Source: an uncultured Acidobacteriota bacterium (GTDB lineage: Bacteria > Acidobacteriota > Terriglobia > Acidiferrales > UBA7541). From it: 64,000 bases of DNA. A model generated the notes under the pieces. That model was given only the letters and a program-made list of their open reading frames with translations. It had not been told where the DNA came from and did no database searches. Below, piece by piece: positions 1 through 10,762 of this stretch. Numbering within the stretch: the first letter of the stretch is position 1; every line of letters begins with the position of its first letter. The stretch covers positions 46,828 through 110,827 of the forward strand of contig CAVSVB010000009.1 of the NCBI GenBank assembly GCA_963731155.1, in the 5' to 3' direction. A program made the translations under genes and the position numbers.

Positions 1-79
1 GGTATTGTCCTGGTGATGCGAGCCTCTGGCGTCACTGAGAGGTGCTCGACTGGCCATATTGGGATCAGATGCTTGCATG
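1..79 (-). CDS. 5' end of an unidentified gene running off the left edge of the window
   Basis: Open frame MQASDPNMASRAP... just downstream of the box/-10 promoter at 125..140; too short to identify. Confidence 0.3.
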
Positions 80-124
80 TCCGCTCATTGCTTACACGTT
101 ATTCCGTGCAAGACGTGGTGGACA

Positions 125-140
125 CTAGGAAAAATGACAG
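125..140 (-). promoter_or_regulatory. Regulon box, degenerate (CTAGGA-AAAA-TGACAG)
   Basis: 9/12 match to CTGTCA-N4-TGACAG; TAACGT lies exactly 23 nt downstream on the minus strand. Confidence 0.6.
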
Positions 141-356
141 GACAGCAGGAGAAAAGGAAGCAGGCGGAATTTGATTGTTATGCGAGTCGTTGAGGCTGGC
201 CCATCTTAGGACGTCAGGCCCGCACACTCCGAATCATCGACGTTCGCGATCCTGGCAGGGGGCACTTTGACAGTCCGGCGATGAAGTTTCGCCGCGGCAA
301 CGGAGTGTTCTGAGAGTCGCAAGTGTAGTTGAGTGCCGAGGATCGTGGTTACATGA

Positions 357-1802
357 TCACTGGAGCGGGCGGCTCCTCGGGGTGGAGGCCGGATTGACAC
401 CCGGGGTACCACTGGTGCTGCTGGTCCACTGAGAATCGGTCAGATTCCAACCGCCTCCAAGCGCTCGATAGAGATCCACCAATGCCAATTTGCGGCCGAG
501 ATCATACGTCACCGTGGCACTCTCTGCTGGATACATTTGAATTTGCGCATCAATGATATCGAGATAGCTGGCGAGTCCACTGTCGTACCGGATGGTGGAA
601 AGCCGAACGGACTCCCGATACGCCTCAACGGAGGCGGCCTGCTCGCGGTAAGCCTTGGCCAGTTGTTGATGAGCGGAGAGCGAGGTGGACACCTCGCCGA
701 ATGCCTGAGTTACTGTCTTTTCGAAGGAGATTTTGGCCTGGTCACGTTGAGCGAGGGAAGCGTTATATTGACCCTTCAACCGGCCGGCTGTGAAGATAGG
801 CCCGGCAAAGTCACCGGCAAGGCTCCACGCTTTGCCGGCACCTGTGAGGTCCGACAATTGGGGACTGAGACCACCGAAGAATCCGGACAAGGACATAGTC
901 GGGAAGAAGTTCGCCTTGGCTACTCCCACGTTGGCATTGGCTGTAATCAGGTTCTGCTCTGCTTCACGCAAATCGGGGCGCCGCTCCAAGAGAGAAGCCG
1001 GCAACCCTGCGGGCACATCGGGCGGGTCATTTTGTTCGGCGAGTGCCGCGCCGCGAGCGACCGGACCAGGATTGCGCCCCAAAAGCAGGTCCAGCGCGTT
1101 TTCCTGCGCAACGATCTGGCGCTCCAGATCCGGGATTGTTGCCGCTACATTTGAGAGAGCAGCTTGTGCCCGGGAAGTTTCTAATCCCGAGGCATAACCA
1201 CCTTCCATCCTGTGCCGAAAGATCTCAAGAGTGTCCTGAAAACTCTTGACCGTCCGATGGGATATCTCCAACTGCGCGTCCAAGGCCCGCAGCCGAAAGT
1301 ACCCTTGGGCGACTTCCGCCATGATCAAAAGCCGCACATCCCGCTTGGCTTCTTCGCTGGAGAAATATACCGCTCGTTGGGCTTCATTCAATTTGCGGAT
1401 ACGCCCGAAGAGATCAATCTCCCAGAAAGTGCTGAAACTGTAGCCGTAGTAAGTGTGATTCGGGACCGTGAGCAACTGCTGTCCTGAAATGTTGCCGTCA
1501 TATCCTACTTGCGGATAGTACTGCGATCGGCTGACACCGACGAGGGCGCGCTCCTGGTCGACGCGCGCCACGGCCAACTGAAGATCGTAGTTGTTTTTCA
1601 GGGCATCGCGGATGAGGCCCTGGAGTACCGGATCCTTAAACAACTCCCACCAGGCGAAATCGGCAATCGAAATCTGTCTTGTTTGTTCCTCGGAATAGAA
1701 GTTGGCGGGAGGCTGGAATGTCGGGCGTTTGTACTTGGGGCCAACGGTACATCCGGTCAACGAGAGAAGAGGAAGAAGAGCGGCTGCCACGAATCTTCGC
1801 AT
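357..1802 (-). CDS. RND efflux outer-membrane factor lipoprotein (NodT/OprM family)
   Basis: Lipobox LTGC, WWELFKDPVL, WEIDLFGRIR, RRPDLREAE, LYRALGGGW. Confidence 0.95.
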   Translation of the reverse strand: MRRFVAAALLPLLSLTGCTVGPKYKRPTFQPPANFYSEEQTRQISIADFAWWELFKDPVLQGLIRDALKNNYDLQLAVARVDQERALVGVSRSQYYPQVGYDGNISGQQLLTVPNHTYYGYSFSTFWEIDLFGRIRKLNEAQRAVYFSSEEAKRDVRLLIMAEVAQGYFRLRALDAQLEISHRTVKSFQDTLEIFRHRMEGGYASGLETSRAQAALSNVAATIPDLERQIVAQENALDLLLGRNPGPVARGAALAEQNDPPDVPAGLPASLLERRPDLREAEQNLITANANVGVAKANFFPTMSLSGFFGGLSPQLSDLTGAGKAWSLAGDFAGPIFTAGRLKGQYNASLAQRDQAKISFEKTVTQAFGEVSTSLSAHQQLAKAYREQAASVEAYRESVRLSTIRYDSGLASYLDIIDAQIQMYPAESATVTYDLGRKLALVDLYRALGGGWNLTDSQWTSSTSGTPGVNPASTPRSRPLQ

Positions 1803-4800
1803 CAGTCGTGCCCCCCTTCCAAGACCGCCGGTTGAGCCACAGCCACATGAACTTTCTTTTTGGCGATGCGCTCAATGATTACGAAGAGAACAGGCACGAA
1901 AAAAATCCCCAGGGCGCTGGCGGCGGACATGCCCGTGATCACCGAGCTTCCCAACACCTTTCGACCAATGGCGCCTGCGCCTTTCGCGGTCCACAGGGGA
2001 ACGCACCCAAGAATGAACGCGAAGGAAGTCATCAAAATGGGCCGTAACCGGAGTTTGGCGCCTTCCAGGGCTGCCTGAACGAGTTCTTTTCCTTTCGAAT
2101 GCTCCAGAACGGCGAACTCGACGATCAGAATGGCGTTCTTGGCGGTCAGACCGATCAACATGACGAGCCCAATTTGGGCAAACACATTGTTATCGAACTG
2201 GCGCAAGAGCAGTCCGCCATAGGCGCCGAGGACCGCCACAGGAACTGACAAAAGAACGCTGAAAGGGAGAGACCAGCTTTCGTACAGGGCCGCCAAGATC
2301 AGAAAGACAAACAGGAACGACATGGCGAAGACCATCGCCTGTCCGCCCTCTGCTTTCTTTTCCTGGAAGGACATGTCACTCCAGGAATAACCAAACCCGG
2401 CGGGCAGCACCTCCTTCGAAACTTGCTCCATTGCGGCCATGGCTTGCCCGGAGCTATAGCCGGAAGCGGGTGAACCGTTGATCTGGATGCTCCGGAACAG
2501 GTTGAAGCGGTTTGTATACTCGGGCCCTGAGACGCGCTTCACGGTGACGAGAGAAGTAAGCGGCGTCATCTCACCCTTGGAGTTTCGGACGTAGAAGCTA
2601 TTTATTTTATCGATGCTGGTGCGGTAGTCCGGTTCCGCTTGAAGATAGACCTTCCACTGCCGTCCGAAACGATTGAACTGGTTGACGTAGGCGCCTCCCA
2701 GGAAGGCCTGAAGCGTCTGATAAACTTCTCCGAACTGCAGCCCTTGCTTCAGTACGCGGTCCTGGTCCACGTTGACGAACAGCTGAGGTACTGTAGGGCG
2801 GAAGGTGGAAACCAACGAAGCAAGTTCCGGGCGTTTCCGAGCCGCCAGAGTCAACTTGTCCAGAACCTCCGACAGTTGCGGCACTGTCCCGCCGGTGCGG
2901 TCTTGTAACATGAACGTGAACCCACCGGCGGTGCCAAGGCCAGGAATGGCGGGAGGCCCGAAGGCGAAAGCAATGGCTTCGGGAATCTCGCTACGCATTC
3001 TCTGATTCAGGTGTTTCACGAGCCCATCAGCGGAAAGCTCCCCAGTTCGGCGCTCTTCCCAAGGATCAAGCTGAAGGAAATAGAAACCAGTGTAGGAAGC
3101 CGAGGTGTTGGAGAGCAGGCTGAAACCAGAAATCCCGCTGTAGCTCTGAACACCGTGGGTGTGAGCCAGGATGTCATCAATCTTGCGCATAACAGCATCG
3201 GTGCGCTGCAGAGAGGCGGCGTCAGGCAGTTGAATCTGGAGAAACGCGTAACCCTGATCTTCCTCGGGGATAAAACTGGTGGGGAGGCTCTTGCCCATAA
3301 GCACGGCGACAACGGCGATCCCGGCGAGCATGAGCATTGCCATCGCCCACCGACGAATGAGGACATGGCTCCAACTCACATACCCGCTCGTGACTTTGTC
3401 AAACCAGCGGTTAAACCAACCGAAGAATCTCCCAAGCGGTCCACTGGACTGCTTGCGGGGACGCAGCAAAAGGGCGGAGAGTGCTGGTGAAAGGGTCAAC
3501 GCGTTGAAGGCCGAAATCAGCACCGAGATAGCAATGGTGATTGCGAATTGTTGGTTCAGCAGCCCCTTAATACCGCCGAGGGCGGCCATGGGCACGAAGA
3601 CTGAGGAAAGAATCAGAGCGATCCCAATTACCGGTCCGGAGACTTCTTCCATCGCCTTAAGGGTCGCATCTTTGGGCGACAGCCCATGCTGGATGTGATG
3701 TTCAACTGCCTCCACCACCACGATGGCATCGTCAACCACGAGTCCGATCGCCAAGATGAGTCCGAACAGCGATAGCGTGTTGATCGTAAAACCCAGCATA
3801 GGAAAGATGGCGAAGGTGCCGATGAGCGAAACGGGCACGGCAAGAAGCGGGATCAGTGTGGCACGCCAGTTCTGAAGAAACAGAAAAACTACAATAATGA
3901 CAAGGACAATAGCTTCCATTAAGGTTGTGACGATTTCTTTCATCCCCTCCGTGATCGGAAGTGTGGTGTCCATGGCAATCTTGTAGTCCAGATCTTGGGG
4001 AAATCGGGACTTTAACTCCACCATTTGCGCCTTCACCTGTTCTGCAACGGCCAATGCATTGGAGCCGGGGGCTTGATAGACACAAATGATCACTGCGGAC
4101 TTCGCGTTGTACCGGCCGATCTGCTGATAGACCAACGATCCCAACTCGATACGCGCAACGTTATTCAGCCGCACGGTAGAGCCGTCAGGATTCTGCCGAA
4201 CGATTACGTTGCCGAAGTCTTCTGCATTTACGAGTCTGCCCGGAGCGCGAACGGCATAAGTAAATTGTTGACCCTTTGGGGCAGGTTCCGCCCCAATCTG
4301 ACCGGCGGGGTTGACGGCACTCTGCTGCTGGACGGCATTCGTCAAGTCCGATACGGTTAGGCCGAGCTTGGTCAACTGGTCTGGCTTTACCCAGATGCGC
4401 ATCGCATAGTCGGCGGCGCCAAAGTTGGTGACTTGTCCAACCCCGGGGACACGGAGAAGTGCGTCGTTAATGTTAATTGTCGCGTAGTTGCCCAGGAACT
4501 GCCCGCTGTAGGTTTCGTTGGGTGAAAAGACCGAAAGGACAAGAAGGGGAAGGCCCATTAATTTCTTGACGGTTACGCCGTACTGGTTGACGGAGGTAGG
4601 GAGGTTCGGACTGGCCTGGGATACACGATTCTGTGTGTTCACCTGGTCGATATCCACATTGGTGCCGACGTCATAGGTAACCTTCAGCGTCATGGTGCCA
4701 TCATTGGCGTTGGTGGACATCATGTAGAGCATGTTGTCCACACCATTCATCTGTTGCTCGAGCGGTGTGGCGACAGACTGCTCAATCGTCAACGCGTCGG

Positions 4801-4954
4801 CTCCGGTATATGTGGCCGAGACATTGATTTGGGGGGGCACGATGTCGGGAAGTTGTGCGACAGGCAGCTTGGACATTGCGACCACACCACCGATAACGGT
4901 GAGGATCGAAATCACTATGGCAACGATGGGACGGCTGATGAAGAATTTGGACAT
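1802..4954 (-). CDS. RND efflux permease (HAE1, AcrB-like)
   Basis: 1050 aa; MSKFFISRP, GLVVDDAIVVVE, KNAILIVEFA, RLRPILMTS. Confidence 0.97.
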   Translation of the reverse strand: MSKFFISRPIVAIVISILTVIGGVVAMSKLPVAQLPDIVPPQINVSATYTGADALTIEQSVATPLEQQMNGVDNMLYMMSTNANDGTMTLKVTYDVGTNVDIDQVNTQNRVSQASPNLPTSVNQYGVTVKKLMGLPLLVLSVFSPNETYSGQFLGNYATININDALLRVPGVGQVTNFGAADYAMRIWVKPDQLTKLGLTVSDLTNAVQQQSAVNPAGQIGAEPAPKGQQFTYAVRAPGRLVNAEDFGNVIVRQNPDGSTVRLNNVARIELGSLVYQQIGRYNAKSAVIICVYQAPGSNALAVAEQVKAQMVELKSRFPQDLDYKIAMDTTLPITEGMKEIVTTLMEAIVLVIIVVFLFLQNWRATLIPLLAVPVSLIGTFAIFPMLGFTINTLSLFGLILAIGLVVDDAIVVVEAVEHHIQHGLSPKDATLKAMEEVSGPVIGIALILSSVFVPMAALGGIKGLLNQQFAITIAISVLISAFNALTLSPALSALLLRPRKQSSGPLGRFFGWFNRWFDKVTSGYVSWSHVLIRRWAMAMLMLAGIAVVAVLMGKSLPTSFIPEEDQGYAFLQIQLPDAASLQRTDAVMRKIDDILAHTHGVQSYSGISGFSLLSNTSASYTGFYFLQLDPWEERRTGELSADGLVKHLNQRMRSEIPEAIAFAFGPPAIPGLGTAGGFTFMLQDRTGGTVPQLSEVLDKLTLAARKRPELASLVSTFRPTVPQLFVNVDQDRVLKQGLQFGEVYQTLQAFLGGAYVNQFNRFGRQWKVYLQAEPDYRTSIDKINSFYVRNSKGEMTPLTSLVTVKRVSGPEYTNRFNLFRSIQINGSPASGYSSGQAMAAMEQVSKEVLPAGFGYSWSDMSFQEKKAEGGQAMVFAMSFLFVFLILAALYESWSLPFSVLLSVPVAVLGAYGGLLLRQFDNNVFAQIGLVMLIGLTAKNAILIVEFAVLEHSKGKELVQAALEGAKLRLRPILMTSFAFILGCVPLWTAKGAGAIGRKVLGSSVITGMSAASALGIFFVPVLFVIIERIAKKKVHVAVAQPAVLEGGHD

Positions 4955-4956
4955 GA

Positions 4957-6189
4957 CTAAATGCCGCCACCCGCTGCGTTTGCCTGGGTGTCTTTGTAAT
5001 GTGCCGGCGCAACGGCCATGCCGCTCTTAACCCGTTGCAGACCGTCCACGACAACATTTTCACCGGCCTGTAAACCCGATTCAACGATCCACATGTCGCC
5101 GAACTGAGGGCCCAGCGTTACGGTTTTGATGTTGACCTTGTTATCGGCAGCAACTACTCCGACCTGGTAAACTCCTTGTAATTCGGAAACCGATTGTTGC
5201 GGGATCAGGAGAGCGTCTTTGCGCAACTCAGTGGCGGCACGAATTCGCGCGTACTGTCCAGGCCGGAGCACGTTTCCTGGGTTTGGGAATTCTCCTCGTA
5301 CTTGAATCGTTCCCGTTCGCGAATCCACCTCGCGATTCACAAAAAGTGGGTGCCCAGGGTGAGGAAAAACCGTGCCGTCTCCAAGAATCAACTCCAGATT
5401 TGTGCGCCCTTTCCGGCGCGATTTTTCGCGGGTAAGCCTGAGGTAATCCTGCTCCGCGATATTAACGTCCACGTAGATTGGATTCACACTGGAAACGGTG
5501 GTCATTACAGTTGTTGGAGTAATCAGATCGCCGATGCCAACCTTGGCGACTCCCGCAATTCCGGCAATAGGGGAGGTCACCGTGGTCCAGCCAAGATTCA
5601 ACTTGGTATTGTCCAGAACTGCCTGGTCAGCAGCCACGGCTGCCAGGCCGGCTCTCTCCGAACTCTGCGCCTTGTCTAGTTCGGCTTGACTGACAGCCCT
5701 CTGGGCCACTAGAGGGGTGTACCTGCGTACATCAATCTGTGCTTGTGCTAGGGCAGCGCGGGCACGCTCCAGATCTCCCGTTGCCTGCTCCACGGCAGCC
5801 TCGGCCTGCCGTCTGTCGAGTCGAAACATCGCCTGCCCCTTCTCCACGAAAGAACCTTCCGTATAGAGACGGGCGAGTAAGAATCCCTCAACTTTAGGGC
5901 GGATATCCGCGTCTACATTACCGGCCATCGTTCCGACCCATTCCTGCTGAATGGGCACGTCCTTCTGGACAACGGGGGTTATGGTGACCCCTGGAGACGG
6001 AGGAGGTTGTTGTTGTTCTTTATTGGAAGAACAGCCGGCACAAATCACTAGCGCGGTCGCAAAAAGCGCCAGTAAAGAGGATTGTTTAAATACGAACCTG
6101 AGGTTTGCCAACGAAACCGGGTCCCGGTAGCTCTTTGCAGATTTCTTTTGTGGCCACGGAGCGATGCGGAAATCAAGATCTTTTGTCAT
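4957..6189 (-). CDS. RND periplasmic adaptor (membrane fusion protein)
   Basis: Lipobox-like CAGC, IRPKVEG, TSPIAG, FPNPGNVLRPGQY; ATG at 6189 preceded by GGAGG (ORF track starts at 6279). Confidence 0.92.
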   Translation of the reverse strand: MTKDLDFRIAPWPQKKSAKSYRDPVSLANLRFVFKQSSLLALFATALVICAGCSSNKEQQQPPPSPGVTITPVVQKDVPIQQEWVGTMAGNVDADIRPKVEGFLLARLYTEGSFVEKGQAMFRLDRRQAEAAVEQATGDLERARAALAQAQIDVRRYTPLVAQRAVSQAELDKAQSSERAGLAAVAADQAVLDNTKLNLGWTTVTSPIAGIAGVAKVGIGDLITPTTVMTTVSSVNPIYVDVNIAEQDYLRLTREKSRRKGRTNLELILGDGTVFPHPGHPLFVNREVDSRTGTIQVRGEFPNPGNVLRPGQYARIRAATELRKDALLIPQQSVSELQGVYQVGVVAADNKVNIKTVTLGPQFGDMWIVESGLQAGENVVVDGLQRVKSGMAVAPAHYKDTQANAAGGGI

Positions 6190-6529
6190 TCGTATCGCCT
6201 CCCAGATTGGCGTCGCCGACGTGCACCAATGAAACCTGAACGGCCTCAGTTCATACCAAGCCGCTGGTTTTAACGTCACCGGCCCGACGCGCCACGGATG
6301 TCCAAATGTCCGGTCAGAGGCTCCTCGCTAGAGAGACTCTGACTTGGCAAATCCATTCAGTGTGCCGAGCCATTCGTTTGTAATTGGAAGCATCATCTTG
6401 GACGAACTCGCTGAATCTTGTCGGCCTAGACTGCAAGAACTATCTTGTGGCGCCGCATGCGAGCGGCCGCCGTGCAGTTACAGGCGCTCACACTGCGACG
6501 ATGCTAGAGCCTGACCTGGGAATGCAGAA

Positions 6530-6545
6530 CTGTCAAAAATAGCAG
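6530..6545 (-). promoter_or_regulatory. Regulon box upstream of the RND operon (CTGTCA-AAAA-TAGCAG)
   Basis: 10/12 match; TAGCAT exactly 23 nt downstream on the minus strand. Confidence 0.75.
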
Positions 6546-6733
6546 GTAGGCGCTGCGCCAAACCTGACGTTCGGCGGTTGTTTGACAACTTATGCCCACG
6601 CCGATGATGCCTCTGAAAAGAATAGACTTGCCCTGCCTTCAAGCAAGGCGTAACAGGGTAGGGAAGGATCGGCCCCGGTTTGTCGTGACGACGCTTTGCA
6701 TTGCGTAGGAAAACAGCAGCACTAGACTTGAAT

Positions 6734-8212
6734 TCAAGTTCCAATTTTCTCGCCGATGACTTCGCCTGACACGACGATTTCCACGCGACGGTTTTTCTGT
6801 CTTCCGGCGGCCGTCTCGTTGTCGGCCACTGGGGAGGTCTTGCCGAACCCCAGGGAGGATACGCTGGCATCCTGCAGTCCTTGCTCGATCAGGTAACTGC
6901 GCACAGTGTCCGCACGCTGTTGCGAGAGTTTCTGGTTCGCCTCGTCGCTTCCGACACTATCCGTATGACCCTCAACGGCAAGCTTCAGGCCCGGGTGCGC
7001 AAGGATAATCCCAGAAAGTTTGGCCAGCTTTTCACGGGCTTCGGAGCGCAAATTATACTTCCCAAAGTCAAACAGCACGTCGCCCATGTTGACCACCAGC
7101 CCGCGTGGGGTATCACGGGTTTCTAGAACGCGATTGAATTGGTCGAGGAGTTGGGCTCGCAATTCGGCCGCAGCCTTACGCGACCGTTCTGCCTCTGCCT
7201 GCGCTGCCTCTTCTTTTGCTCTCAACGCATCCGCCTCGGCTTTGGCCCTGGCTGCAGCCGCTTCAGACTCCGCCTTCGTTTGAGCTTCCTTCGCGGCGGT
7301 CAGTTCGGCCTGTCGTTTGGCTTCTTCGGCAGCTTTCGCTTCCGCTTCCGATTTGGCTTTGGCGGCGGCAGCCTCGCGCTCCGCTGCGATGCGCGCTTCG
7401 TTCTGCCTTTGGGCTGCCAGTGCGCGGGCGTCCTCGGCGAATTGGATGGCCTGGCCGGCTTTCGACACGATGTCTTTCTTGTCGGCATTACTGGTAAGGG
7501 CGTTCTCCGTCATTTGCAAGCTGGCCGTAGCCTTCGAGAAAATCTCTGGCGCATCCTTGTCCGCCGCGCGTGACTTAGCAATATCGACAGCGTTGCGCGC
7601 CTCGTAGACTTGCAGGGGGACGCGCTCGAGATCCGGAGTCATGGCCAACGGATTCCCCAGTTTTTCGTATTGAGCCCGCCGCATCAACTTGAAGTCATTG
7701 ACGGGGAAGATCTGACCCTTGGTGTTCTTGCGCGTGTCATTTTCGAGGACGATCATCTCGCTGGGGAAACGTATGGCAAAATACGGTTCAGCAGTGACAA
7801 GGAGAGAGAAAGCCTGCGCGGGCGTGGTGGCCTTAAGCTTGCCCTCCCCGTTCTTGTTGATGATGATCTCGCCTGTGTTTCCGGAGCGGCCATCCGGCGT
7901 GACCACCCAGAGGACATAGGTCAGAAATTCAGCACCCAGGTTCGCGGGCTGCGTCATGCCGATGAGGCTGAGTTCGACAGTGGTGACACCCGGCTTAGCC
8001 TCGATCTTGGCCTCTCCACTGGCTGTCCGCATTAACTCTGTACCTTTCAAGTCGACCTTCGTGCTTCCCCCGCCGACCTTATATCCAATTGCCTTGACTG
8101 ACTTGGTGGTCAGATTGGAATCCGGCACGCTTTGCTGCACCTGTGCGGCGGCGGTCCCGGCCAAAAGATATATTGCAATCAAACAGAGGATAACTTTGTT
8201 GGAGCGACTCAC
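6734..8212 (-). CDS. OmpA-family protein with DUF4398-like coiled coil
   Basis: Signal peptide, Ala/Glu/Lys-rich helix, C-terminal OmpA motifs VEGHTDSVG and KNRRVEIVV; GTG at 8212 with GGAG RBS (ORF track starts at 8278). Confidence 0.9.
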   Translation of the reverse strand: MSRSNKVILCLIAIYLLAGTAAAQVQQSVPDSNLTTKSVKAIGYKVGGGSTKVDLKGTELMRTASGEAKIEAKPGVTTVELSLIGMTQPANLGAEFLTYVLWVVTPDGRSGNTGEIIINKNGEGKLKATTPAQAFSLLVTAEPYFAIRFPSEMIVLENDTRKNTKGQIFPVNDFKLMRRAQYEKLGNPLAMTPDLERVPLQVYEARNAVDIAKSRAADKDAPEIFSKATASLQMTENALTSNADKKDIVSKAGQAIQFAEDARALAAQRQNEARIAAEREAAAAKAKSEAEAKAAEEAKRQAELTAAKEAQTKAESEAAAARAKAEADALRAKEEAAQAEAERSRKAAAELRAQLLDQFNRVLETRDTPRGLVVNMGDVLFDFGKYNLRSEAREKLAKLSGIILAHPGLKLAVEGHTDSVGSDEANQKLSQQRADTVRSYLIEQGLQDASVSSLGFGKTSPVADNETAAGRQKNRRVEIVVSGEVIGEKIGT

Positions 8213-8281
8213 AGGTATCTCCACTACAGGCTGACGAGCCCACACATCACCCATCCTGATGACCTGCGGTGGGAGCAAACA

Positions 8282-8297
8282 CTGTCAAGTTTGACAG
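8282..8297 (-). promoter_or_regulatory. Regulon box, perfect (CTGTCA-AGTT-TGACAG), upstream of the ompA-like gene
   Basis: 12/12; CAGGAT 23 nt downstream; weaker second site GTGTCG-TTTT-TGACGG at 8329..8344. Confidence 0.88.
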
Positions 8298-8621
8298 CAG
8301 CTAAAGTTTACGCGCCACTGGTGTGGTGGTGTCGTTTTTGACGGTCCCATCATTGCGCCACGAAGACCAAACTCCGGGTGAAAGCCGTCGTCTGACCATG
8401 CGATCAGGAGAAGGTTGAAGGAGGGCCAGTGACAGGGGCCGAGACGATTGCCTACATGATGACTCTGACTTTGCTCGTGTTCTTGTGTTTTTCAGGCCTC
8501 CGTGATCGCGCCTGCACAGCGAACCGGAGCTAACTCGCAAGCACGAAGGCGTGGCGGATATACGCAAGGCCCAGTTCGTGGACGAATCCAAGTGAACAGC
8601 AATCTTTCTTGCTGGCCTGCG

Positions 8622-9206
8622 TCAGTGATCGTGGGTGGAAGTTGCCCGGAAAACTTTGCCTTTCGCAATATAATTGACTAAGGCACGGGACACCGCATAG
8701 GGAACCCCAATCAGCACTGGTCCCAGCAGGATCGCTGCTCCCGGATGAATTTCGCGGAAGATCAGAAATTGCGAAACAATGTCCAAAAGTATTGCGACGG
8801 TAACGATTTCGCGCAGGGACGCAAGCGTGGTTCGCAGCAGCTCGCGCCGATGCTCACCATGGAATGCGAGGGCCCAAAGATAGGAAGGCAGGCCCATTCT
8901 GGCGTCCTTCAGGCCATCACGCGAACCTAGCAGAATCGCCACGGTTGGTTGGAAGATAAATCTGAGGCGCCCCGCCCCGGACAACCGTGCGAACAGATCC
9001 TCAAAAAATTGCCGGGTAAAAAGATATAAATCGCCGGTCTGTACAATCCTGCGGATGGCGCTGGGTAGCGTCGCCAAAACAATCACAACGAGCAGGGTGC
9101 TGAGAATTGAGCTGCGCGTGATAGAAGCCATTTGGGATGCGAACCTACCGACGAACCCATGCTCTGCGGTCGCCGACCGCTCCATGCCGTTTTTCGTTCG
9201 CAGCAA
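8622..9206 (-). CDS. Conserved hypothetical membrane protein
   Basis: Several hydrophobic segments; RLSGAGRLRFIFQPTVAILLG motif. Confidence 0.7.
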   Translation of the reverse strand: MLRTKNGMERSATAEHGFVGRFASQMASITRSSILSTLLVVIVLATLPSAIRRIVQTGDLYLFTRQFFEDLFARLSGAGRLRFIFQPTVAILLGSRDGLKDARMGLPSYLWALAFHGEHRRELLRTTLASLREIVTVAILLDIVSQFLIFREIHPGAAILLGPVLIGVPYAVSRALVNYIAKGKVFRATSTHDH

Positions 9207-9268
9207 CCGGCCCCAGGGCGAGTCAGTTCGGAGTCAGGAACAGCCCGCCCTTCCTGGTGCACCGAGAT

Positions 9269-9908
9269 CTACAGGGCTTTGGCACCGGAACCTGCAACCT
9301 GCGCGCGAGTCATCTTGGCCACGAGTTCACCCTTGGAGACCTGAAGCAAATCGGCCGGTTTCAAACGCGCAAACAAATCGAGCGTACGCGCGACGAGTCC
9401 CGTCCATCCGGTTTGGTGGCTGGCTCCAAGGCCCGCGCCGTTGTCCCCGTGGAAGTACTCGTAGAAGAGAACGTAATCTTTCCAGTGCGGGTCTTCCTGA
9501 AATTTCTTGGTTCCACCGTAGACGGGGCGCTTACCATTCGCATCGAGGAGAAAGATGCTTGATAGTCTGCGTGCAATCTCGTTTGCCACATCAAACAAGG
9601 ACAGGTATTTACCTGAGCCCGTGGGACATTCGACCTTGAAGTCATCACCGTAGAACTGATAGAGGTTCAACAGACCCCGTATCAATAAACCATTCATCGG
9701 CATCCAGACGGGCCCCCTCCAATTGGAATTGCCGCCGGTCCCACGCGTTGCCGTCGTGGCTGTAGTCTTTCCTGACGGTTCCCCACTGTCTTTCACTCAG
9801 GTACGGCCCCCACTTTTTCCACGGGATACCAGCCTCCCGTTCGTCATTCAGGCGCTTCTGTTCGTTGGTTTGGACATAGTCAATCGCTGAACTCTGGCTG
9901 GGTTTCAT
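9269..9908 (-). pseudogene. Internally deleted MGH1-like / GH63 glucosidase
   Basis: N-terminus [26 protein letters not shown] joined out of frame (~9740) to C-terminus [11 protein letters not shown]...[23 protein letters not shown]; most of the enzyme is missing. Confidence 0.88.
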
Positions 9909-10133
9909 GTTGTATCTCTCTGACCGACACAGACAGGCCAGCATTCCCCTGTGAACTGCAACCGTGTATTCACACCTCAGGCTACTTGAAATACATAATG
10001 CGCTTGATCAGGCGCAAGTTTGCCCTCGAAAATAGAGAGAGTGACACTGCGTGTTCTTACAGGGGCAGGGTTTCCGTTACCCACAAACTCCATGAGGATG
10101 GAGTCCTTGGAAGTTCATGGCATATTCCTTGCC

Positions 10134-10676
10134 CTATTTCCCGAAATCCTTGGAATAGACCGCGTCCGTGTCGCCGCTCCAAAGGAGCTCTTTCGTCTTT
10201 CGAGTAAGACAGACTGAACTCGGCGCTGACGATTGTGTTTTCTTCGGGTAGTTCACAAGTGCGTATCGATCATGTTTCAATAAGGCCAAAACGTGTAATA
10301 GCCCGGGGCGGCGTATACAAGCTGCCGGTAACGACTCTTTGCTTTCAAGGCGTACGGCCTTGGGGCGAATCCCCAGGACTGCACCCAAGTCCCTAATTCG
10401 TTGCTTCAGCTCATCTTCCATGAGTTCGTTACGCGGAGGCAGAACCATGTGGCTCTTGACACCTACAACGCCAGCATTGCCGAGCGGCTTCTCCATCTCG
10501 TCCTCAAAATGCTGTCGTGTCAGGTAGTTCTCGGCAACCGCTATGACCAGAATTTTCTTTTAATTTGGCATCGGTTGGCTGGTGAGAACCCAACGATGAA
10601 GGATTTGTGTGCCGGCAAACAGCGGGAGCACCGCCAGCGTAACCAGTGTCATGAGTGTGAGAAAAAGGACACGCAT
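10134..10676 (-). pseudogene. Secreted protein, paralog of 52656..53336, with in-frame premature stop
   Basis: Signal peptide MRVLFLT... then TAA at 10560..10562, continuing in frame as KKILVIAVAENYLTRQHFEDEM (compare HKILVIGVAQNLEVRADFEDKM). Confidence 0.7.
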
Positions 10677-10762
10677 TCTTGCTGCCTGAGTGGCAACTAA
10701 ACAGCGCCGCCGCAACGTAACTTCCGCCGATGCCGGCCGCACTTCCAAACCAGGAAACCTCA